Source: a bacterium
GTDB taxonomy: Bacteria > Sysuimicrobiota > Sysuimicrobiia > Sysuimicrobiales > Kaftiobacteriaceae
Direction: 5' to 3'
NCBI GenBank assembly: GCA_044868695.1
Contig: JBIOWP010000060.1
Location: 1-13,701 of the forward strand
DNA: 13,701 nt
Shown: positions 1 to 7,600 of the stretch, piece by piece
How positions within the stretch are numbered: position 1 is the stretch's first letter
How the letters are laid out: each line of letters starts with the position of its first letter
The notes under the pieces: generated by a model
Databases searched by the model: none
What the model was told of the DNA's origin: nothing
Seen by the model: only the letters and a program-made list of their open reading frames with translations
Position numbers and translations under genes: made by a program

Positions 1-1230
1 TTGAGGGACCGGCGACGGCATGACCTCGTGCCAGGTGGCCGCGACCGCCTGGATGAGTTCGTCCACGTCGGCCTCGCTGTGCGCGGCGGTGACCGTGACC
101 CGCAGCCGGCTGGTGTTGGGGGGTACGGCGGGGGAGACGATCGGCGGGACGAAGACGCCGCGGTCGAACAGCCGGCGGGCCATCGTCAGGGCGCCGTCGT
201 CCGACCCCGTGATGACCGGGACGATCGGCGTGGGATCGTCCCGCACGTCGAGCCCGCGCTCACGCAGCCCGGCCCGCATCCGGCGGACGTTCTGCGTCAG
301 CGTCGCCACGCGATGGGGCTCGCGCTCGACCAGGTCGATGGCGGCCATGGAGGCCGCGGCGCTGGCGGGCGGAAGCGCCGCCGAGAAGACGAACGCCCTT
401 GAGGCGTGCTTGAGCAGCGCGACGAGTTCCCGGCTCCCCGCGATAAAGCCGCCCACGGACGGAATGCTTTTTGAGAGCGAACTCATCTTGATGTCGATCG
501 TTCCGTGGAGGCCGAAATGGCTCTCGATGCCCTTCCCGTCTCGGCCCAGGACGCCCAGCGAGTGGGATTCATCCACCATCAGCCACGCCCCGTGACGCCG
601 GCACACCTCAGTCAGTGCCGGCAGGTCGATGACGTCCCCGTCCATACTGAAGACGGCGTCGGCGACGACCAGAGTGCCGGCCGCCTCCGGCGCTTCTGCG
701 AGCGCCCGGTCGATCGCCGGAATCGTATTGTGCGGGACGCGCGCGAGCTTGGCTCCCGAGAGCAGGCAGCCGTCCACAATGCTGGCGTGGTTGAGTTTGT
801 CGCACACCACGACGTCCCCTCGGCCGACCAGGGTGGAGATGACCGCCACGTTGGCGACGTACCCGCTGCTGTACGCCACAGCGGCATCCGCGCCGAGGAA
901 CGAGCTGATGCGCGCCTCCAGCCGGTCGTGCAGGTCCGTGTTGCCGGCCAGGAGGCGCACGCCGTGCGTCCCGCTCCCGTACTGCTGCAGCGCGGCTCTG
1001 GCCGCGGCCTCGATCGCCGGATGCCCGAGGAGCCCCAGATAGGAGTACGACGCGCCCAGGAGCACCCGCCGTCCGTCGATGGTGACGTGCGATCCTCCGA
1101 TGGCCGCCACTGGCTCGAGATAGAGGTAAAGGTCGCGGTCCTGCACGCGGCGCACACGCTCGGCGAACTCGCGCACGCGCCGGCTGATCGGATTACTGGT
1201 CAGGTCGCGAAACGACATGGGTATTGGCAT
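1..1230 (-). CDS. PLP-dependent alpha-oxoamine synthase family protein (BioF/KBL/serine palmitoyltransferase-like); 3' end runs off the window
   Basis: Manual translation from ATG 1230 (alternative ATG 1218) is open to base 1 (410 codons): MPIPMSFRDL...LYLYLEPV...LGASYSYLGLLGHP...YGSGTHGVRLLAGNT...YSSGYVAN...DKLNHASIVDG...DAVFSMDGD...VDESHSLG...SSLSKSIPSVGG...PAVPPNTSRLR...VMPSPVPQ. NHAS, FSMDGD, DExH, SK (PLP lysine) and the C-terminal PAV...RLR are the family hallmarks. Confidence 0.93.
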   Translation of the reverse strand, partial: MPIPMSFRDLTSNPISRRVREFAERVRRVQDRDLYLYLEPVAAIGGSHVTIDGRRVLLGASYSYLGLLGHPAIEAAARAALQQYGSGTHGVRLLAGNTDLHDRLEARISSFLGADAAVAYSSGYVANVAVISTLVGRGDVVVCDKLNHASIVDGCLLSGAKLARVPHNTIPAIDRALAEAPEAAGTLVVADAVFSMDGDVIDLPALTEVCRRHGAWLMVDESHSLGVLGRDGKGIESHFGLHGTIDIKMSSLSKSIPSVGGFIAGSRELVALLKHASRAFVFSAALPPASAAASMAAIDLVEREPHRVATLTQNVRRMRAGLRERGLDVRDDPTPIVPVITGSDDGALTMARRLFDRGVFVPPIVSPAVPPNTSRLRVTVTAAHSEADVDELIQAVAATWHEVMPSPVPQ

Positions 1231-1234
1231 GCCC

Positions 1235-1262
1235 GTTCGCCGGGACGGGGCGAGAAGCCTGC
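1235..1262 (-). promoter_or_regulatory. Candidate sigma-H-like promoter GCAGGC-N18-GAAC
   Basis: The minus strand reads GCAGGC TTCTCGCCCCGTCCCGGC GAAC just upstream of the oxoamine synthase starts. Three other intergenic copies have the same spacing. Confidence 0.35.
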
Positions 1263-1311
1263 TCCTCCCGTTCTACGGGCATAGTCCGAGGATAGGCCCC
1301 TTCTACTTTGG

Positions 1312-1809
1312 TTGCCGAGGTATGTCATTTTCCGCAAGCTGATCCAGAACCAACTTGCCGCATCTGCCACTACGCTCAACGGGACGATTGAAGGGCGGAT
1401 CGGCCTCGTGATGAGCGACGGGAAGATCATTCCCTGCGCCAGCGCTAACGTCTATCTGCTGTTGAAGCCGATCGACATCGACATGATCAAAAAGAAGGCT
1501 GCGCAGAAAGACGGCGTCTACAATTCCCTGCTGGCTCACATGTACGTCGAGTACGTGATCAGCAATCCCGAAACCCAGAGCAAGCTGGCGTATGCGAGAA
1601 CCAAGACAAACGGAAAGGGACAGTTCGTCTTTCCCAACCTGCCGGCGGACCGCTGGTACTACGTGACCGCCCAGGCGCTGACCGGGCACGTGCTCGTGTC
1701 CTGGCAGCTCGGAGTCTACCTGTATCCGAAGGAACGCGTGCAGGTGTTTCTGAACAACGCCAACGCCGCCCTTCCCATCTACACCAAGAACGAGACACCA
1801 ACTGGGTAA
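1312..1809 (+). CDS. Hypothetical protein, probable carboxypeptidase-regulatory-like/transthyretin-like beta-sandwich
   Basis: 165-aa ORF filling the gap, with G/C-ending codons. The pattern GTIEGRI...ANVYLL...ARTKTNGKGQFVFPNLPADRWYYVTA matches the G-x-I-x-G-x-V / T-D/N-x-x-G-x-F-x-F-x-x-L-P-x-x-x-Y style of that fold. TTG start without a clear SD, so the start is uncertain. Confidence 0.75.
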   Translation: MPRYVIFRKLIQNQLAASATTLNGTIEGRIGLVMSDGKIIPCASANVYLLLKPIDIDMIKKKAAQKDGVYNSLLAHMYVEYVISNPETQSKLAYARTKTNGKGQFVFPNLPADRWYYVTAQALTGHVLVSWQLGVYLYPKERVQVFLNNANAALPIYTKNETPTG

Positions 1810-1832
1810 GGGACAGGGGTCAGGGGTCGGGG
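1804..1832 (+). repeat. G-rich heptamer tandem array with five G-tracts
   Basis: GGGTAA GGGACAG GGGTCAG GGGTCGG GG overlaps the TAA stop of the 1312-1809 gene. Confidence 0.6.
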
Positions 1833-1859
1833 AAGGAAATTCGCGCAGGCGGCGGGAAG
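1832..1859 (+). promoter_or_regulatory. Candidate sigma-H-like promoter GAAGGA-N18-GAAG
   Basis: GAAGGAAAT TCGCGCAGGCGG CGGGAAG ends 10 nt before the GTG at 1870. It resembles the Bacillus sigma-H consensus RNAGGAWWW...GAAT. Confidence 0.4.
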
Positions 1860-1869
1860 GCCGCAAGCC

Positions 1870-2937
1870 GTGGCCATGATCGTGCGGTCAGCGCATCCCT
1901 ACAACGCCGGTCCGCCGCTGCCGCTCGTCCGAGCCTCGTTTCTGACGCCCGTCGAGTTGTTCTTCGTCCGCAATCACGGCGCCGTGCCGGTGATCGATCC
2001 TTCCGCCTATCGCCTCACTGTGACCGGTTTGGCCGAGCGCCGGCTCGACCTGTCGCTGGCCGACCTGCGCACCCGCTTCACGGCGGCGACGCTGGCCGCC
2101 ACCATCCAGTGCGCCGGCAGCCGCCGCAGAGAGCTCACGGCGCTGCGTCCCATCGCCGGGGAAATTCCATGGGACGCCGAGGCCATCGGCACGGCCCGGT
2201 GGACCGGCGTGCGCCTGGCCGACCTGCTGCAGAAGGCCGGGGTACACCCGGATGCCCGTCACGTGCAGTTTCTCGGACTGGACCAGGTAAGTGCAGAGAA
2301 CACCACGACCGATTTTGGGGGTTCCATTACGCTGGAGAAGGCGACCGCCGGGGAGGTGCTCCTCGCGTACGAGATGAACGGGGCGCCGCTCACGGAGGAG
2401 CACGGGTTTCCGCTACGTGTCGTGGTGCCCGGCTACATCGGCGCCCGGAGCGTCAAGTGGTTGGGGACGATCACCGTGGCCGCAGAACCATCGTCCAACT
2501 ACTTCCAAGCCCATGCGTACAAGCTGTTTCCACCGCACATTCGCTCGCAGACTGCGGACTGGGTTGCGGCGGCGCCGCTGGCCGAGCCGCCCATGCACGC
2601 AGTGATCTGCGTCCCGCAGGATGGCCAGCGCGTGAGCGCGGGACGGGTCGCTGCGGCCGGGTATGCGTTTGCCGGCGGCATCCGTCAGATCGCGCGGGTC
2701 GAGGTGTCGCCCGACGGAGGCGCCACGTGGGAAGCGGCGCAGTTGGTGGGCGAAGCGCAGGCGTGGACCTGGCGGTTCTGGGAGGCCGACCTTCGTCTCC
2801 CGCCCGGGCGGCGGGAGATTGCCGTGCGCTGCCGGGACGAGGCCGGCCTCACGCAGCCGGAAGACCTCGAGGCGGTCTGGAACTTCAAAGGATACGCAAA
2901 CAACGCCTGGCACCGCATTTCCGTCGAGGCGGGCTGA
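1870..2937 (+). CDS. Sulfite oxidase family molybdopterin oxidoreductase (Moco-binding plus dimerisation domains; no heme domain, no Tat signal)
   Basis: Motifs FFVRNHG, IQCAGSRR (Mo-ligating Cys), WTGVRLADLL, LAYEMNGAPL..EHGFPLRVVVPGYIGARSVKWL, GYAFAGG...VEVSPDGG.TW, WNFKGYANNAWH. Start is GTG 1870 or ATG 1876. Confidence 0.93.
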   Translation: MAMIVRSAHPYNAGPPLPLVRASFLTPVELFFVRNHGAVPVIDPSAYRLTVTGLAERRLDLSLADLRTRFTAATLAATIQCAGSRRRELTALRPIAGEIPWDAEAIGTARWTGVRLADLLQKAGVHPDARHVQFLGLDQVSAENTTTDFGGSITLEKATAGEVLLAYEMNGAPLTEEHGFPLRVVVPGYIGARSVKWLGTITVAAEPSSNYFQAHAYKLFPPHIRSQTADWVAAAPLAEPPMHAVICVPQDGQRVSAGRVAAAGYAFAGGIRQIARVEVSPDGGATWEAAQLVGEAQAWTWRFWEADLRLPPGRREIAVRCRDEAGLTQPEDLEAVWNFKGYANNAWHRISVEAG

Positions 2938-2940
2938 CCC

Positions 2941-4545
2941 ATGGCGGCCTCCTATGATGTCATCGTCGTCGGCGGCGGGCACAACGGCCTCGTCGCTGCG
3001 GCCTACCTGGTCCGTTCTGGCCTGCGGGTGCTGGTGCTGGAGCGCCGGCCTCTCGTCGGCGGCGCGTGCGTCACCGAAGAGGTGTGGCCCGGCTACCGCA
3101 TCTCCACCGCGGCCTACCTGTGCGGCCTGCTGCAGCCTAAGATCATTCGCGAGTTGGAGTTGGAACGCTTCGGTTACGAGATTCTTCCCAAGGACCCCGC
3201 CTTCTTCAGCCCCTTCCCGGATGGGAGCCACCTGTTTGTGTGGCGGGACGACCGGACGACCGCCGAAGAGATCGCGCGCCTTTCGCCGCGCGATGCTCGC
3301 CGCTACCCTGAGTACGAAGCGTTTCTAGCCCGCGTGGCCGAGTGGGTTGAGCCCTGGCTGCTGCGGACACCGCCCGATCTCCTGCGGCGCCGGTGGGGCG
3401 ATCTGCTATCACTGGGACGGCTGGGGCTGTCGGCGCTGCGTCTGTCTCCGTCCGACCTCGTGCGTGCGCTGCGGATGATGACGCAGAGTGCCGCGGATTT
3501 TCTGGATGATTGGTTTGAGTCTGGCGGGTTGAAGGCGTCGCTGGCTACGGATGGGGTGATCGGTGCGCGCGGCGGACCCTCGACCCCAGGGACCGCGTAC
3601 GTGCTGTTTCATCACTGCATGGGGCAGGCGGCCGGCAAGCGCGGGCTGTGGGGATTCGTGCGCGGCGGCATGGGGACGATCGCCGACGCCCTCGCCGCCA
3701 GCGCACGCCGTTTTGGCGCCGAGATCCGCACCGGCGCGGACGTGACCGAGGTCATGGTCCGCGACGGCCGCGTGAGCGGCGTCGTCCTCGACGGCGGAGA
3801 GGAGATTCGCGCCCGTGTCGTGGCGTCGAACGCCGATCCGAAGCGCACGTTCCTGCGCCTGGTGCCGGCGTCGGTCCTCCCATCCGACTTCCGGGTTGAG
3901 GTGGAGCGCATCCGGATGGAAGGCGTGGCGATGAAGATCAACCTGGCCACCGACGGCCTGCCGCAATTCCTCGCCGCGCCCTCGCGGCCGGCCGACGGGA
4001 TCGGGCCCGAGCACCGGGCGACCATTCACATCGGGCCGTCGATCGAGTACATCGACCGCGCGTGGGACGACGCGCGCGCGGGCCGGCCATCCGCCCAGCC
4101 GTTTGCGGAGATCACGATTCCGACGACCTATGATCCCTCGCTGGCCCCGCCGGGCAAACACATTATCTCGATCTTCGTGCAGTATGCCCCATACCGTCTG
4201 GCCGGCGGTTCATGGGATGAGGTGAAGGAAGAGTATGCCGACCAGGTGCTGGACGCGGTCGCCACCTACGCACCTAACATCAAGGCTATCATCCGGCACC
4301 GGCAGGTGCTCAGCCCGCTTGATTTAGAGCGTGACTTCGCGCTGAGCGGTGGAGACATCTTCCACGGCGAGATGACGCCTGACCGCCTGTTCTTCCTGCG
4401 GCCGGTCCCGGGATGGGCGCGCTACCGCACGCCGGTGCGTGGATTGTACCTGTGCGGGGCCGGCGCGCATCCCGGCGGCGGCGTCATGGGCGCGCCGGGC
4501 CACAACGCTGCCAGGGAAATCCTCCGCGACATCAGACGAGCCTAA
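2941..4545 (+). CDS. FAD-dependent oxidoreductase, phytoene desaturase/PYROXD2-like family (COG1233-type)
   Basis: N-terminal dinucleotide-binding YDVIVVGGGHNGLVAAAYL...VLERR...GGAC, then WGFVRGGMG, DPSLAPPGKH, GGDIFHGEM, and C-terminal GLYLCGAGAHPGGGVMGAPGHNAA. It starts 3 nt after the upstream stop, suggesting an operon. Confidence 0.93.
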   Translation: MAASYDVIVVGGGHNGLVAAAYLVRSGLRVLVLERRPLVGGACVTEEVWPGYRISTAAYLCGLLQPKIIRELELERFGYEILPKDPAFFSPFPDGSHLFVWRDDRTTAEEIARLSPRDARRYPEYEAFLARVAEWVEPWLLRTPPDLLRRRWGDLLSLGRLGLSALRLSPSDLVRALRMMTQSAADFLDDWFESGGLKASLATDGVIGARGGPSTPGTAYVLFHHCMGQAAGKRGLWGFVRGGMGTIADALAASARRFGAEIRTGADVTEVMVRDGRVSGVVLDGGEEIRARVVASNADPKRTFLRLVPASVLPSDFRVEVERIRMEGVAMKINLATDGLPQFLAAPSRPADGIGPEHRATIHIGPSIEYIDRAWDDARAGRPSAQPFAEITIPTTYDPSLAPPGKHIISIFVQYAPYRLAGGSWDEVKEEYADQVLDAVATYAPNIKAIIRHRQVLSPLDLERDFALSGGDIFHGEMTPDRLFFLRPVPGWARYRTPVRGLYLCGAGAHPGGGVMGAPGHNAAREILRDIRRA

Positions 4546-4621
4546 ACCTACACAAACGACACAACCAACTCAACCTACACAACGAGGACCCATGCCGGTG
4601 ATTGTGTAGATTGTGTCGGTC
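4545..4621. repeat. 9-mer tandem array (AACCTACAC-like) plus inverted copies forming a long hairpin between convergent genes
   Basis: Direct units are AACCTACAC 4545-4553, AAACGACAC 4554-4562, AACCAACTC 4563-4571 and AACCTACAC 4572-4580. Inverted units are GTGTAGATT 4604-4612 and GTGTCGGTC 4613-4621. Confidence 0.8.
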
Positions 4622-4627
4622 GTATGC

Positions 4628-7600
4628 TCAGGCCATCACGATGGCGAGTTTGGCGTCGGTCTCGTGGACGAAGTTTGCGGCTCCCATTTGCGCGAACATC
4701 GACCTCGCCTGCTGCATCACCTCGCGCGCACGCTCGGGCTGTCCCAGTTGCTGCAGCGCTTCCCCATACTTCAACAGCGAAACGGCAAGGTCAAAGCGGT
4801 ACTCCTGATCCTGCCGGCCGAGGATCTCCAGGCTCCGCGCGAACAACGCCTCGGCTTCCTCGCCGCGGCCCTGCGCCGCGCGCACCCGGCCCAGCGTGAC
4901 CCGGTGGGTCGCCTGCGGCACATCCTCCGAGTCGAACTCATCGCCTTCCAGCGCGGTCACACCCTGTTCCGCGTACTCGTCGGCCCGCACGAGATCGCCC
5001 TTGGCCAGGTAGACTTCGGCCAGGCTGCGCAGCAGGAACGGAGAGTCCTTCACTGAGCCTTGCTCGCGCAGCAGCTGCCGGGCGGTCTGGACCTCGCGCT
5101 CGGCCTCGTCCACTTTGCCGCGCCGCAGCAGGTGCATCGCCAGGTGGCGGTGCGTGTACGCTTCTCCCACTGCGTCCCCCAGGGCGCGCCAGATCGCGAT
5201 TGCTCCCGCGAAGTTGGTGGCGGACGCCGCGGGTTCCCCGGCCATATGTTCTACGATCGCGAGCGCGACCAGGCTGCGGGCCTCGCTGATCCGCTCGTGA
5301 TGCGTGCGCGCCAGTCCCAGGGCCTCCAGGAGAAGCGGCTTGGCCTGGGCAATCTCGCCGGCGTCCAGCAGCGCCCGGCCGAGAAAGGCCGTCGTCCGGG
5401 CGGCGCCCTTGCCGTCTCCCATCGCATGATACACGTCCAGAGCCTTGCGGTAGGCGGTCTGCGCCTTGGACAACCGGCCGCGCAGCGAGTGAGTGATGAT
5501 GCCGAGCAGTTCGAAGGCTTCGGCTTCGCCCTGTCGGTCCGCGAGCCGGCGGAACAGTTCCAAAGCCTTGTGCAGGGCCGATTCCGCCGCCTGCAGGTTG
5601 CTCTTGTCGTACTCCGCAAACGCCCGGTTCAGCCAGGCGCGCGCCAGCAGGTCTTCGCGATTGATCTGCTGGGCCAACTGGAGCACCGTCTCGGTGCTGT
5701 CGAAGATCGTGGCCGGCGCCGACATCCACTTCACGACGTCGGAGTGGTCGGTGAGGAGTTCCGCGTACAGCGTCGCGTCCGAGGTGAGCCCGGCGTTGCG
5801 CACGACCGTCAACGCCCGCTCGTACAACCGGCGTGCCTCGTGCAGGGTGCCTAGCGCCGTAGCGCGCCTAGCCGCGCGGCGCAGCGCGGTGACGGCCTCC
5901 CGCGCCAGATCGTCTGCCCGCTCGCCGGTCTCAAAGCGGTAGCGCCACGCCTGCTCCAGGTGGTGCGCCAGCACCTCCAGGAACTCTTCACTGTTCTCCG
6001 GGGCGGCGTCCGCCAGCCAGCCCGCAAGCCGGCGGTGGTGTTCGCTGCGGGCCGACTTGGGCAGCGTGGAATACGCCACCTCGCGAATCAGCGCGTGGGT
6101 AAAGGCGAACTCCCGCTCGCCCGCCAGCGATGAGCCCGGCCGCTCTTCCACCAGGTCGCGGCCCACCAGCCGGTCCAGCGCCGTTTGGGTTTCTTCGGGG
6201 CTGAGGGCGTTCATCGCTCTGATCGCGCCGGGCCAGAATGCGCGACCGACGACCGCGGCGTCCTGGATCACGCGCCGTTCCAGCGGCGACAGCAGGTCCA
6301 GGCGGGACAGCAGCAGGCCCTGGATCGTGTCGGGAATGCGGATGTCCAGCGACCGGGACACCCACTTCCACTTCCCCCCTTCATGCACCAGGCTTCCCTC
6401 GTCGATCAGCCTGCTCATGATCTCGCCCAGAAAGAACGGGTTGCCCTCGGCGCGGGAGAGCACCGCGTCGCGGACATCCCCCGGCAGGACGGCTCCCCGC
6501 AGGGCGTCGGTGATCAGGCGCGCACTGTGCGCTGGGGAGAGAGGCGAGAGGGTGAGCGCCGTGTATTCGCGGACGCGCACGCTCCAGGTAGGATAGCGTT
6601 CCAGCAGGTCGGGGCGGGCCAGGCAGAGGATGAGCATCGGCGCCTCGCCGCCGCGCGCCGTCAGCCGTTCCAGCAGTTCCAGCAGGCTTTGCTCGGCCCA
6701 GTGCAGGTCCTCAAATACGAGGACGAGCGGTCCGCCGCGGGCCAAGGCATATAGGAAGGCCCGCAGCGAGTGCAAGATGACCTCGCTGCTGTGGCGGGTT
6801 TCGCTGCCCACGCTGGGATCGCGGACCGCGATCGGCCGGCCCTCGACCAGTGTCTTCAGGCGGGCGAGCCTGGTCTTCCACAACGTATCGGAGTCGCGCG
6901 GGATCTCCGTCCCGACGATGGTCGCCAGATCGTCCGCCACCATCTCGCTCTCGTCGCTTCCCAGCACCGGCCCGCACACGCGGAGCACCCCGTCGTGCAG
7001 TTTCTGCCCGGCGACGGCGAGGGGGTCGTTGTCCTTGATTTCGCACTCCTGCTTCAACATCTCGGCCAGCGGCCAGTACGTGAGCCCTTCGCCGTATGCG
7101 GGGCAGCGGCCGCGCAGAAAATGCGGCGCGCCCTCGCCGAGTTTGAGGCTTGCCACGAACTCTTCGACCAGGCGCGTCTTCCCGATCCCGGCCGGGGCGA
7201 GCACGGTCACCAGATGCGGGTGCTGGCCCTCGACCACCCGCCGGTATAGCGCGTGCAGGAACTGCATCTCCTCGTCGCGGCCCACCATTCCGGCCTGCAG
7301 CCGTCTGGCCGGGGGGTTGTCGGTGAGCCCGGTGACGCGAAACCGCGGCCGCGCCGCGAACTCTTCACCGTCCGCCGGCGCCACCGGCTCGGAGGCGATG
7401 GCGTGCCGGGTGGCCTCGCACGTCCGCTCGTCCATGAGAATCCCATCGGGCGGCGCCTGGGCCTGCAGCCGCGCGGCGAAGTTCACGACCTCGCCGGTGA
7501 CCATTGATTGCCCGGCGGCCGCGGCCAGGCGGTCGGCGACCACCTCGCCGGTCGTGATGGCGATGCGCAGGTGCAGGTCGGCGTCCAGTTCTGCGTTGAG

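Noticed and set aside
1..1284. Plus-strand ORFs 1-402, 20-595, 505-1284, 629-1042 and minus-strand 612-1157
   Set aside because: Shadow frames of the minus-strand oxoamine synthase, which carries all the family motifs. Their translations are R/S/G-rich with no recognisable motif.
1267..1306. Small hairpin CCCGT-TCT-ACGGG and a TTCTAC direct repeat 30 nt apart in the divergent region
   Set aside because: Too short to distinguish from chance.
1..2937. Sulfonolipid (capnine) pathway linking the oxoamine synthase and the sulfite oxidase
   Set aside because: No cysteate synthase or ketoreductase is in the window, the genes are divergent, and sulfite oxidation would consume rather than supply the precursor.
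2941..4545. crtI / carotenoid biosynthesis call
   Set aside because: The GGHNGL...HPGGGVMG profile fits the broader PYROXD2-like group, and no crtB or crtE is present in the window.
4545..4621. CRISPR array or iteron interpretation of the 9-mer repeats
   Set aside because: The units are 9 bp, contiguous and without spacers, and no cas or rep gene is present.
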